Shown here piece by piece: positions 10,601-21,241 of a stretch of 40,210 nucleotides of DNA. This stretch comes from Thraustochytrium aureum (lineage: Eukaryota), in contig BLSG01000213.1 of assembly GCA_012862495.1 (NCBI GenBank), forward strand, positions 1 to 40,210, written 5' to 3'. The translations under genes and the position numbers were made by a program. Every line of letters starts with the position of its first letter. The first letter of the stretch is position 1. A model generated the notes under the pieces. The model had not been told where the DNA came from and ran no database searches. It saw only the letters and a list, made by a program, of their open reading frames with translations.

Positions 10601-11266
10601 TTGAGTTGGTTTGGCGTATAAGACGCGGCTGGAAAAGCTCCCGACGCCAGACAGCGTGATGGGTTCCTCCCCATGAATTGCCGCCGCGAGCTCGAACTCG
10701 CGTATGGCATCCGCAGCGCGCTGAACTTCTCCTTCGTTCCGCAGCCGAAGCGTGACGAGAGTGATGTGCATTCGCGACGCTGGCAAGGCGCCCCGAGCCA
10801 GGACAGGATCACTCGCCTGGATCGCGGCAGCTCGAATCGCTGCTCGCCGCGACAGGATGCGGCAGCAGACGAAGTAGTTGGGCCTGATGGCGTTGTCCGC
10901 GAATCTTTGCGCCTGCTCTTCCTCCTCGTCTTGGCCTCCATCGGCAAGGTCGGCTTCGCAGATCGCGCCCCCGGGAGGATCCGCAGCGATGATATCGGCA
11001 ATTGTGGTGGCTTGGTCTTCTGGGTAGGACCCGAACACTTGGTCGCGTCTCCCTGGCTCGCGCTTGTCCCACACAGGCCTCACTCCGCTTTGGCCCTTGT
11101 ACAAGACAGCTAGTATGCGGTGCAAGGGGATGTCGCTAAAGTTGAACGAGGCGAGGGGCTTTTCTACCGCGCCGCGAAAGCGGTCCAAGTAGCACAGCGC
11201 GAAAGACTCTTGGGGGAGGCTTGGGTCGAACCGGACCCTGTCGATCACGTCCCTGGCCGTCCGCAT
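7645..11266 (-). CDS. Multidomain RNA repair/end-processing protein: MJ1316 (DUF504) + AKAP7-like 2H phosphoesterase + kinase-like region + HAD phosphatase + poly(A)-polymerase-type nucleotidyltransferase; split by N-gap 9850-10077
   Basis: MRTARDVIDRVRFDP..YLDRF..DIPLHRI..VWDKR (MJ1316/LENG9). RPNYFV, HITL, FTPHVTLAK (2H). FVFDIDGTL, VVSGR, FK, FYDDD (HAD motifs I-IV). FGS..SDYDICL, ARCPRI, LDIILA (Pol-beta-type NTase). Joining the two ORFs across the gap is inferred. Confidence 0.8.
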
Positions 11267-11883
11267 CCTGGCGCGGCGCTCTGGGGGCTTGCTCTTGGAG
11301 TTTGGACGCAGGACGCGTTGACAACAGGACGCTTTGAGAACCTCCTTGCGCTGGCTGGAGCTATAGGTCGATGGAGTCCTTCCTCTGCGGGCAGTTGGTC
11401 GGCAAACCGTTGGCCGGCAGACTGTTCGTCAGCAGGCTGCTCGTCGGCGATCGGGCTCTGGTTCACCACGGGCGCGGGCGCGGCCCACCTTTGCTCGAGA
11501 TGATTCAGAGTTCTGATACAGCTTTAGTAGTGCCTTCATTGCCACGTTCCCGCAACGCTTCCAAATCAAAGGACACGCCGGAGCAAAGAACTGATCGCGC
11601 GACAGCCAACGGACAAATGTATCCGCGCATCGATCGACCTGCCATCTGCATCCGGGCAATGCTGTAGGGCGTTTGACCCAGCTTGCAGTGGACCAGGCTG
11701 GCCAAGAGCAAACGCGAGAGCGAACCCTTGCGCCATTCGGGCCCGCTCGCCGATAGGGGCTAGCCAAAGCGCAAAGGGCTCGAGAGGGCTACAAGCGGCC
11801 GGCTCCAGCAAAACCACGCCGCTCGGAGCGAGCACTCCCGCGCCTGCCCTTGGATCATCAACTTGGATGGCCAAGCCATCGCG

Positions 11884-13641
11884 ATGGCTTCGCTGAACGA
11901 CTTTGAGGAGCGTCGTCGGCGGCTGCGCGCGGACGTCGGCTCGAGGACGCCGCGCGCAGACGAGTGCAACAAACTCGCGGCTGGTGCTGAGCTGCATAGC
12001 ACGAGCGGGCTTGCTAATGCGCCACGGCCTGGCAGCTGCTTGACCGCGGTGCATTCTGCCGCTCGTCGCTCGTCGCTCGACAAGCTTGTGGACAGGCACG
12101 CCATGCGCATCGAGGAGGCCACTGCAAAGTCTGCTGTTGGCGACGATGGACGGCGGAAAGGTCGGCCAGCGTCGTTCTCACGGCCTTCGCATGGGCTAAG
12201 CGGCATGCTGGCAGCGCGTATGACCACGAATGTTGGCCCAGCTGATAGTTCGGGCGAGGAGAGCAAGTTGGTGGCCGCGATGGCCTCCCGTCTCACCGAA
12301 GTGGAGCGGGTCCGCAGAGAGCAGCGAACGAAAATTGTTGAGCTTGAGCGCCTCGTCCTAGATCTGACCGCGGAAAACAAGCGCCTGAAAGCCCGGAACC
12401 GCGAGCTTGAGGCGCCGCAAGCGACCGCGTGCGACGGCCTTTGCGACGTGGAGCTAGACACCCTATGCCATGGCGCCTTGAAGCCGCCTTCGGGCATGGG
12501 CACGGAAAACGCTCGCTTGCGCCGCGAGATCAGCGATATTAAGGATTTCCTTGCCGACTATGGATTGACCTGGCTGGGCCCTCAAGCAAATCAGGCCACA
12601 GCAGGCCAAGCACCACCGCAACACTCGACCCAAGCGGCTCTCGCAGTCTCAGACCCAGGGGAGCAACACCGTGTCAAAGCCGCCAGGCTCACGACCAAAG
12701 TCGACGTCGGCGAGCTCATTGCTCGCCTCCAAGAGCTCGCTGAATTGGCGCGCGAGCAGCTCCAGATGGAGGCGGTACAAGCACCAACGCATCGCGCAGC
12801 AGGGTCGGCAAAAATCGCCACGCTCGAGTCGCTCAAGGCGCCAGAGAGACTGGCGAGCCTTCCCGTCACAGTCTATGAAAACGGGATTCTCATCCGACGG
12901 GGCCCGTTCCGTCAATTTGGCACGCCCGAGTGCGCCGGATTTCTCGACGATGTACTGGACGGCTTCTTTCCATCCGAGTTTAAGGACGAATACCCGCACG
13001 GCGTTGCCTTTGATGTAACTGACGCTCGGCACGAGACATACCGGGGCGCGCGAGACGGCGTCGTGGAGACTGCTGCCGCGTTGGCCTTGCGCGTCCCGGA
13101 CGTAGTCATCCGCGACGGCAACATCTTGCGGCCCCGCCAGAGCTTGCTGAGTGCGCTTTCGCAAGAGACCGGACTGCAGAGCGCCTCGGCGCCGCAGCGC
13201 GAGGCGGGTTGCAGGACCCTCAGCAGCCGTGCAGCCCGGGAGGTCGCTGACACGGCGGTATGTCGGCTGCGAATGAATGTGACGCTGGGCGAGCGGCTCT
13301 TCACTGTTCTCGTGAGAGTGACGCGCACGGAGACAGTTCGAAGCGTCAAGTCGATGCTTGTCGAGCACTTTTGGATCCCTGACACTGCGAGGCTCTCGGT
13401 TCGATCGAGCCTGGACAACGTCGGCCGGCCCAGCGGCGGCGAGACGGTCCAAGCAAGAGGCGAACCCAGGAAGAGCGTTTTCCGCGCTGGCGAGCCCCTG
13501 CCCGACGAGCCTGGAAATCTATCAGGAGCGGCACCGGGCTGCCATCTTGACGAGGGGCTGAACCCTTCGTTCTTGGAGCGGACGGTGGACGAGCTTGGTT
13601 GGTGGCCGTGCATTGTTCTCTTCGCCCGGTTGGAAATGTGA
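11884..13641 (+). CDS. UBXN11: UBXN11-like p97/Cdc48 cofactor (coiled coil + SEP domain + divergent UBX-like C-terminus)
   Basis: Signature 'IKDFLADYGLTWLG' and SEP-like 'VYENGILIRRGPFRQF...FLDDVLDGFFPSEFKDEYPHGVAFDVTD'. First in-frame ATG at 11884. Confidence 0.85.
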   Translation: MASLNDFEERRRRLRADVGSRTPRADECNKLAAGAELHSTSGLANAPRPGSCLTAVHSAARRSSLDKLVDRHAMRIEEATAKSAVGDDGRRKGRPASFSRPSHGLSGMLAARMTTNVGPADSSGEESKLVAAMASRLTEVERVRREQRTKIVELERLVLDLTAENKRLKARNRELEAPQATACDGLCDVELDTLCHGALKPPSGMGTENARLRREISDIKDFLADYGLTWLGPQANQATAGQAPPQHSTQAALAVSDPGEQHRVKAARLTTKVDVGELIARLQELAELAREQLQMEAVQAPTHRAAGSAKIATLESLKAPERLASLPVTVYENGILIRRGPFRQFGTPECAGFLDDVLDGFFPSEFKDEYPHGVAFDVTDARHETYRGARDGVVETAAALALRVPDVVIRDGNILRPRQSLLSALSQETGLQSASAPQREAGCRTLSSRAAREVADTAVCRLRMNVTLGERLFTVLVRVTRTETVRSVKSMLVEHFWIPDTARLSVRSSLDNVGRPSGGETVQARGEPRKSVFRAGEPLPDEPGNLSGAAPGCHLDEGLNPSFLERTVDELGWWPCIVLFARLEM

Positions 13642-13869
13642 GGGTTTCTCATGCACAGCGGTTGTGGTTGCGCACCGCGACCCGCCACCACATGGGGACG
13701 TCAAGCCGAGCTGCGCCTGCACAGCAGCAGAAAAGGCCAGGAAAGATCGCGACACACTTTTTGCGTTGGTCTGGCAAGGCCTGGCCACTCTGTAGAGCCA
13801 ACCACTGCGTCTGCGAGAATCACAAGAACAGAAACCAGATTTTTTGTTGTTGACTGCGTGACTTTTTCT

Positions 13870-13879
13870 CTACCTGTCC

Positions 13880-13911
<32 letters not shown>

Positions 13912-16900
13912 GCCCTTGCGCGCCTGTTCCCACTTGGCATAGAGGTCGCGAATGCGCATCTCCACGTAGCCGTCCTGGTACTGCGCGTTCTCCTTGGCTA
14001 GGTAGATCTTGTACCTGTACGAGATCGTGTTGCGGATGCAGGAGGCCATCATCTCGCGCGTTGGGCGGTGCTTGCACGTCTCCCACTTCTTCTCGATGTA
14101 CTTGTTTAGCTCGCGCTTGTTGGCTGCGTGGCGCTTCTCCGCATAGTTGTGCAGCCAGGCGTTCTTGTAGATGCTGCCCTTGCTGACGAACAAGTTGCGG
14201 CGAAACTCCTCGCAAGGCTCGTAGGCCAGAGGGCGCTGCTTTTCCTCCATCTCAGAGATGACCATGCGCCAGTCACCGTAACTATCGCCGCGGCGCATGC
14301 GCGCGAAGGCTTGCGGGACGTCGTTCACCTCGAGGACGAGGCCGGCCAGCGTCTCGAGGAACTCCTTCTTGTCCTCCTTGAGCTGGTCCACGTTTGGGAA
14401 GGCATCCTCCGGGCGAATGTTGCGCTGGCCCGTGAGGAAGATCTGGAACTTGTCGTCGAGGAGAAAGTTGGCCGAGATCAGGTGGTACGAGTACTCGGGC
14501 CGCGAGAGCTCGGCTTGTTCACGCAGCATCTTGCGGCGCGCAGCTCGGAAGACCAGTTCGCCCACCTTTTTGGCGTACGTGTCGAAGATCGAGCTCAAGT
14601 ACTGCGACCCGATGCGGTTCAGCTTGGCCTGCGAGTCACGGAACTCCTCGAACGAGATGATGTGGTCGTTGAGTTGCCAGGTGTCCCCCGTGTTTACTTG
14701 CTCGGGGATCCAGCTCTCCTCCACTTCTTCCTGTACGATGCCCCCCGGGTCGCCCTGGTGTTCTGGGCCGTCCTCGTTGTAGATGTCGGAGCCACCGGGG
14801 CCTTCGCCGTCTTCGCCAGAGGAAACCGCGGCGACAGGCGCGCCAGCGGCGTCGAGCGAGGCCTGCTGGGCGGCAGGGGCTGCGGCCTCTTCCTCGGCCT
14901 CTTCCTCGAGATCGTCAAGGCCAAGGTCAGAGTCGGAGATCACGGCAGCGGCCGCTCTGGCCTTGGCCGCGGCTTTCTTGGCCGCCTCATCCGCGAGCGC
15001 GTCTGCAGCAGCTTTTGCAGCGTCGGCTTGGTCGGCTGCCTCAGCGCCTTGCTCGTCGTCAGCGTCATCGCCGCGCTCAGCCGGGTCCTCGTCCTCGGCG
15101 TCTTGCGCATCTTGACCGCCGTCGGAGGAGCGCTTGGTCTTGGCCTTGCCGACGCTGGCGATCTTTGCGGACCGCAGGTAGCCGCGACGGTAGAACACCA
15201 TGTACGGGCGTGTGGTGGCGACGAGGAAGAACACCTTCATGTCGTACCACTTGTTGGAGAAGAGGTTGCGGTTCTCGATAAACTTTTGGGCAATGACCTC
15301 GCCCTTGCGCGACTTGCCACACTCGCCAAAGTCCTCGCGGAGCTCCTCCATGGAGTCGTAGATCGTGGTGCCCTCACCCCCGATCGAGTTGATCGGCTTG
15401 AGCAGCCACTTGCCTTTTGCCGGAAGGTTGAAGAAGGCCTTACAGTCGTCATAGTCGTACAGCAGGTAGGTGGGTGGCATGTACTTGAGCGAGCGCGCGT
15501 TGCAGCCGCCCTCCTTAAAGTACTCGAGCTGGGCCATCACCGACTCGCCCTTGTGGCCGGCCAAGGACTCCAAGCCCTTGATGCCGTTCGTGTGGTCCTT
15601 GAAGCCGTCCAGCTTGCCTGTCTTGCCCGTGTACCTGGCGAAGCGGCGGTTGGCAAACTTGAGGGGCGCCGAGTAGGCGCGATTGTTCTTGAACTCCTGA
15701 CACGGGTTATAGACCACCTTGGTGCGCTCCTCCTCGATTTCGTTGAAGATCATCTCGAAGTGGCCGAAGCGGTCCCCGGCCCGCATCAGCGTGTAGAACT
15801 GCGGGTTTTCGTGCACCTGCTGGGCGAGGTTAAAGTACTCCTCCACCATGTTGCGCGAGTCAAAGTTGATCGACCACGTGAAGCCAGGGTAGCCGTTCGA
15901 CTCGATGAACCACGTGTGGTAGTTGGCGTCGATCATGAAGTCGATGCCGAAGATGTGGAAGGTGCCCTTGCGCTTCTTGAACTTTTTCCGAGCGGACTGG
16001 AAGATGAGGTGCGCAACCTTTTTGATGTATGGGTTGAGCATGGTCTCCACGTACCGCGCCCCGGTGCGGTCGTGCTCGCGCAGGTGGTCTTGCATCATGG
16101 CGAAGGGCCAGATGTGGTCCGAGAGCTTGAAGCCCTTCTTCATGCTCTGAAAGTGGGTGTTGGTCAGGTAGACGCGTCGGTCCTTGCTCATGGGCGCGTA
16201 CTCGGCGAGCGCGCGCCGCAAGTAGCCCTCGTGGTAAAAGACGAGGAACGGGTTGCTGCTGGCGATGAGCATGTAGATGCGCACGTCGAACTTTGACTTT
16301 TTCAGGAGCAGGGGCTTCTCCAGATACTCCTGCACCAGGTAGCGCTCGGTGGCCTTCCACTCTGCCTTCTTGCACGGGAAAAACTTGGGCACCTTGTTCA
16401 TGACGCTCTGCACTTCGCTGTGGAAGGTAATGCCCTGCCCCTGCGAGCCCGTCTCGGGCTTGAGAAGCCACGTCACTCCGCGCGCCTCCAGGTTGGCCAG
16501 GTCGTTGCACTCGTCCTCTTTGTAGAGACGATACGACATGGGCGAGATCCCCAGGTCGTTGTACTTGCAGCCAAACTTGCGCACAAAGCTCTCCTTGACG
16601 CGCAGCTGCTGGCCCTTGTTCCCGCCGATGGCGTCCCCGCCGTTGAAGGCCGTCAGGTAGCTCTTGCCCTCGTAGTCCTCATAGATCGCCTTGTAGAGGT
16701 CGGGCCGGATCTTGGCCATGTGGTTGATCTGCGTCGTGTCCGTCAGCAGAAAGGTGACCCGATAGTTGATGTTCTTGTAAGTGTCGCCCTTTTGCGCGGC
16801 GCGGAAGCGCATCTGCCAGTCGCGGTCCAACAGGTCTTCGATCGCGAGGCCGCGGCAGCCGTCCCGCAGGCAGCCGAACGTGCGCGTTGCGCGAGTGTCT

Positions 16901-17226
16901 TCCGGCCGCATCTTGCGAACCGCAGGGCGCCGAATCTGCACCAGCTCGGAGGGCTTGAGGTTCATGTACTGCGGGGGGTCCAGGCCCGGAAGGCGCTTGA
17001 TTGACACGCCCGTGTTGTTTGGGATCTTGTGCTCGTGCACGTGGATCAAGTCCATCAAGTCTTCGACGGTGATGCGCGGCGTGGTCCACCGCTGGTCGTA
17101 CGCAAACTCGTTCGTGCTTCCTACGCTCTGGCTGCTGGTGCCGATGAGCGTGTTGGCCGACATGAACATGCCCATGAACAATAGCAAGAACGACATCACC
17201 AGCGCGCTCAGCCGAAGCATCGCCAT
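13870..17226 (-). CDS. Tubulin-tyrosine-ligase-like (TTL/TTLL, ATP-grasp) protein with a transmembrane segment followed by two TTL domains
   Basis: TM: LSALVMSFLLLFMGMFMSA. Domain 1: WLLKPETGSQGQGI, LVQEYLEKPLLL, KFDVRIYML, YLTN, FGIDFMID, WFIESNGYP. Domain 2: WLLKPINSIGGEG, IAQKFIEN, YDMKVFFL, with degenerate catalytic motifs. Confidence 0.88.
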
Positions 17227-17257
17227 GCGGGCGTCTTGCGGCAAGAATTGCTTTGGC

Positions 17258-18754
17258 TTATTGCCCTTGCCTTTGCCCCTTGCGTGCCTTGCCGCTGCTT
17301 AGATCTGCCTTCCATTTCTTCAGTGCGCTGATGTCGCGCTCGACAAACTTGAACACTTGGGACTTGAAACCCGTCAGAGACTTGAAGTTCAACCCCTTGC
17401 TCATGAGGAGGCGCTGCAGCGACTTGAGCTTGCTCTTGTACCCTTTCGACTTTACGGATTGCTCCGAAGCGTGCGAGGACGAGGATTTGACATTTTTCTT
17501 GCGGTGCTTGAGACCCTGTACGGCCATTTCCACGTCGTGCTCCTCGTCGTCGCTTCCGCTGTCCGAGTCAGATCCTGACCCGGACCCGGACTCTGAGCCG
17601 CTCTCGGAGCCGCTTTCCACGTCGCTCCCTGATCCTGCCGTTCTCGCTGCGCTCTCCTGCGCCTCAATGTCAACTTGGCTGTCCGCGGCATCTGAATCGG
17701 ACTGTGACGCCTCCTCGTCGCTCCCGGATTGGGATGCTGATGCTTGTTCGTCTTCGTCGCTCCCTTCGCCTGCGTTTCTTGCTTCTGCGCCGCTTGCACT
17801 TCCGCCCTCCGAGTCGGTGCCTTCGCTCTGCTCTCCCTCAGACTTGGCGTCGTGGTCGCTGCCGTCGTGGTCGCTGTCGTCATGGTCGCTGCCTTCGTGG
17901 TCGCTGCCAGTCGCCTGGCTGTCTTCGCCCTCGGCCTCGCTGTCGCCCTGTTCATCACCATCTGCCGCCTCGTCAACTTGATCGACCGAGTCCTCTTCGT
18001 CGTCTTGCTCGTCTTCGTCGTCGTGCTCGTCTTCGTCGTCGTGCTCGGCTTCGTCGTCGTGCTCGGCTTCGTCGTCGTGCTCGTCTTCGTCGGCGCTCGA
18101 CTCGCCTGCGCTTTGGTCGCTCGCCTCGGCTGACTCGGCGTCCTCTAGGTCGCCCTGTTCTTCTTCCTCCTCATCCTCGCTTGACCCCTCGGACGCCGAG
18201 CCTGCTGAGCCTGCACCCGACTCGTCGTCGTTCGCTTCGTTGACGCTGTCATCCCCGGTTCCTTCGGACCCATCGTCGTCCTCGTCGCTGTGCGACTCCG
18301 AGTCCTGTTCGTCTTCCTCAGCGTCTTCGTTGCTCAGCTCCTCCTCACCCTCGTCGTCCTCGGCCTCTTCTTCTTCGGCATCTTCATCTGCATCCTCTTC
18401 GGCGCTACCAGCACGATCATCTTCGTCGCTGCCCGAGCCGCTTCCGCTTCCACTTCCACTTTCACCCTCCTCGTCCTCGCTTTTCGTCGAGTCTAGCTGA
18501 GCATCCTGGAGGTCGACCTGCTCAAAGCTCTCCTCGTCGCTCCCCGCGGAGTCGGACGATTCCTCCGCGCGGTCGTCCTCTACGTTCGCTTCGACCTCTT
18601 TGGCCTTGGCGACGCGCTTTGATGACTTGCTGCTCGCTTTGGCCGCGGTCTTGGCGGAGCTGGACTTGGCAGCGCTGGCCTTGGAGCTGGCCTTGGCGGC
18701 CGCCTTGTCCGCCGATCGCGACGCGCTCTTCTCGCCCTTTTCCTTGCGCGCCAT
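17258..18754 (-). CDS. Very acidic D/E/S low-complexity region with basic ends; probably the N-terminal part of the TTL-like gene (1-nt frameshift at about 17277)
   Basis: 498-aa ORF with strong codon bias. Its stop is only 31 nt before the TTL ATG, and removing one base from the C4 run at 17276-17279 fuses the frames. Confidence 0.75.
   Translation of the reverse strand: MARKEKGEKSASRSADKAAAKASSKASAAKSSSAKTAAKASSKSSKRVAKAKEVEANVEDDRAEESSDSAGSDEESFEQVDLQDAQLDSTKSEDEEGESGSGSGSGSGSDEDDRAGSAEEDADEDAEEEEAEDDEGEEELSNEDAEEDEQDSESHSDEDDDGSEGTGDDSVNEANDDESGAGSAGSASEGSSEDEEEEEQGDLEDAESAEASDQSAGESSADEDEHDDEAEHDDEAEHDDEDEHDDEDEQDDEEDSVDQVDEAADGDEQGDSEAEGEDSQATGSDHEGSDHDDSDHDGSDHDAKSEGEQSEGTDSEGGSASGAEARNAGEGSDEDEQASASQSGSDEEASQSDSDAADSQVDIEAQESAARTAGSGSDVESGSESGSESGSGSGSDSDSGSDDEEHDVEMAVQGLKHRKKNVKSSSSHASEQSVKSKGYKSKLKSLQRLLMSKGLNFKSLTGFKSQVFKFVERDISALKKWKADLSSGKARKGQRQGQ
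17993..18092 (-). repeat. Coding 18-bp tandem repeat (DEHDDE/AEHDDE units)
   Basis: Repeated 'tcgtcgtcgtgctcg(g/t)ct' units on the + strand, translating to EDEHDDEAEHDDEAEHDDEDEHDDEDEQDDE. Confidence 0.8.
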
Positions 18755-19882
18755 GGCTGGCCCACCAGAGAGCGCCGAACAGCGAGCGGGCGACTCGCTC
18801 GACCCCTTCGCGCCCCGCTCCGTCCGCGCAGACTCCCTTCACAAGGCGAAGTCCCCGCGTTCCGGCTCCTTCCTCGGGAGCCACCCGCGTCCACCCGGAC
18901 CGCTGTCAAGCGGCACCAGCACGCGCGTGGCCCGCTGCCTGCCCGGCTGCCTGGCTCCTGGCCTGCACGCAGCGCCCTGGTCTGCAACGCAATGCGGGTC
19001 TGCCCGCCGCCGGCCGCGCGCCAGCCCACGCAGCGATCCGATACTGCTGCTGTCTCCTCCTGTCNNNNNNNNNNNNNNNNNNNNNNNNNNNNNNNNNNNN
19101 NNNNNNNNNNNNNNNNNNNNNNNNNNNNNNNNNNNNNNNNNNNNNNNNNNNNNNNNNNNNNNNNNNNNNNNNNNNNNNNNNNNNNNNNNNNNNNNNNNNN
19201 NNNNNNNNNNNNNNNNNNNNNNNNNNNNNNNNNNNNNNNNNNNNNNNNNNNNNNNNNNNNNNNNNNNNNNNNNNNNNNNNNNNNNNNNNNNNNNNNNNNN
19301 NNNNNCAGGCAGAGCGCAGGCGACGGGCAGGTGGCAGGCAGAGCGCAGGCGAGCGGGCAGGCCGCATGGGCTGCGCTGCCGACGGTGCTGCGCTGGGACA
19401 CCACAGCGTCGATGTCCTTGAATTCGAAAAGGAACATGTTACTAATACGACAGGTATTGAATTTTAATTGAAAGAAAGGAGCGGACGAGGAGCGATTGAT
19501 TCTTGAAAACAGGACCAAGGAGACGATATCGCCGCGTCTCGGCCAGCGCGCGGCGCAACTTTATACAAGCATGCCTTGTACTGATGTTACGGAGAAGAGC
19601 CGTAGAGTCGTGAAAAGCGCCCGTCACTTGCCCCCAAGTGGGGTACGGTTTCTTGGAGCTCTTGAAAGAGCCGCGCTCAAGAAGTCAAGAGATCAAGCGA
19701 AGTGTTCGTCCGTGACCGCGCTCAAGAGGGTATTACGAGGTAGTGTTGCGTCTGTACAATTCATGGCAGAGGCAGCAGCGGTCTGCAGAGCGCGAAGGGT
19801 GTTGGGAGGCAGGCGGGCGGCGTCGCGCGCGAGACGAGCGGGCCGCGCGGCGGAAAGGGCCTCTGGACGGACGGTGGAAAGG

Positions 19883-20558
19883 ATGGAGGGGTTTCCGGAC
19901 TTTGGCGCGATGGGCGGCGGCATGGGGGATCTTGGAGCGGGGATGGAGGGCCTCGGTGCGCTCAGCGGGCTGGGGGCCGCGGCGCCAAAGACCACGACGT
20001 CCAAGAAGGACCTGCCAGACTTCAAGACGGGGGAGTGGTGCTCGATCTATCCCATCTATATGGACGCGGAACGCTCCATGCAGCAGGGGCGCCGCATGCC
20101 CAAGGACCTCTGCAGTAAGTAGATTGCCTTCCACGTCGCAGGCCCCCTCCGCAAGCTGACAGCACCCTCGTTGCCGCGCCGCCACCAGTCAAGCACCCGA
20201 TGGCAGACGAGCTGTACATGGTTGTCGCTCAGAGCATCAGACTCCCTTGCGTGCTCGAGCAGGGCGTGGCCCATCCCCGCGACTCGATCATGCGAACAGG
20301 CCGGATTCGCGTGCAGCTGAAGAATGGGAGCACCCTGATTAACGCAGAGTACCCGAACAAGAAGGCCATTATGAAAAAATGCTCTCAAGTGGTGCCGACT
20401 CTGGACCTGCGGCAAAAGCGCGAGGCCATGATCGAGGAGAAGCGCAAGGAGGCAGAGAAGAGGGCCGCTTCGGTCTCCAAGTCCGTTGTTGGGACGGCCG
20501 CGTCTGGCGCAGCCGCAAGCAGCGCCACCAGCAAGAAGAAGGGCAAAAAAAGCGGTAG
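19883..20558 (+). CDS. SRP19: Signal recognition particle 19 kDa protein; exons 19883-20114 and 20189-~20558
   Basis: WCSIYPIYMD..QGRRMPK, HPRD, GRIRVQLK, NKKAIM. Intron 20115-20188 (GTAAGT...GCTGAC...CAG) restores the frame (C-I-K-H-P-M). The likely end is KKKGKKKR* at 20558 if the A7 run is really A8. Confidence 0.92.
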
Positions 20559-20716
20559 CTCCGTCGCAGCCGCCAAAACTATTTTAAAAAAGATGGCTTG
20601 GCGTGGCATGGCGAACGACTTTTTAGGCCAGAGCTCGCCCCCCCCCCTCCGCAGCTGGGCAGCAGCACGACCAATTCCCGGTTTTGATCTGTTGAAAAGG
20701 GCTCATCGGCGAACCT

Positions 20717-21241
20717 TCAGTGCGAAGCGGCCCGCTCGCGCAGCACCCGCCGCCACCACCGCACCAAGGCGGCAGCTCGGTGGGACAGAAACAGTCCATA
20801 AGATCGACCTGGCGTCTTGGTTGTGCAGTACACCTCGCCAGGGCATGGCCCATAGCGGTTCACGAGCCGAATCAGCTCGAAATAGTCGCGCCTCTGCTCC
20901 AGAACTGCTGCAGAGCGAGACCGCGCCTCGCGCTCTTTCTCTTCACACGCACGCCGCTCGCTCTTCTGGGCGGCGAGCGCTTGGTCCACACACGCCACGT
21001 CAAGAGCCACTGACTGGAACGTCTGAAATCCCCAAAATGCGGACTCGAGTGCCATCCTACTGCCCTTTCCCGGCAGCGCCTCTGCAACCGCCAACCTTTC
21101 CTCAAACGCGATGTCTTCGGCGCTCCGTTGCGCTGCGCGCCTCGTGCGCCCCCTTGGCCTTCGAGGATTTCTTTGCCCAGCGACAGCAGCTTTTCGCGCC
21201 GGGGCTACTCGCGACCGCATAGCCCCAGCTGGGCCTTGCAT
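20717..21241 (-). CDS. Possible hypothetical protein with a short coiled coil and IQ-like C-terminal segment
   Basis: Open frame with protein-like composition (EEKEREARSR..., HRAAALVRWWRR), convergent on SRP19. No family recognised. Confidence 0.35.
   Translation of the reverse strand: MQGPAGAMRSRVAPARKAAVAGQRNPRRPRGRTRRAAQRSAEDIAFEERLAVAEALPGKGSRMALESAFWGFQTFQSVALDVACVDQALAAQKSERRACEEKEREARSRSAAVLEQRRDYFELIRLVNRYGPCPGEVYCTTKTPGRSYGLFLSHRAAALVRWWRRVLRERAASH

Noticed and set aside
11267..11540. Possible N-terminal extension of the RNA-repair gene (MKALLKLYQNSESS; 15-bp ADEQP-like repeats)
   Set aside because: No unambiguous splice or frame path to the ATG at 11266 could be built; left unresolved.
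14128..16296. 722-aa plus-strand ORF and many similar long antisense ORFs
   Set aside because: Shadow frames caused by high GC3 codon bias of the real genes on the opposite strand.
1479..20551. Programmed ribosomal frameshifting as a shared system across four genes
   Set aside because: All four shifts sit in short homopolymers, go in both directions, share no slippery motif or structure, and occur in a gapped draft. Sequencing error is more parsimonious.
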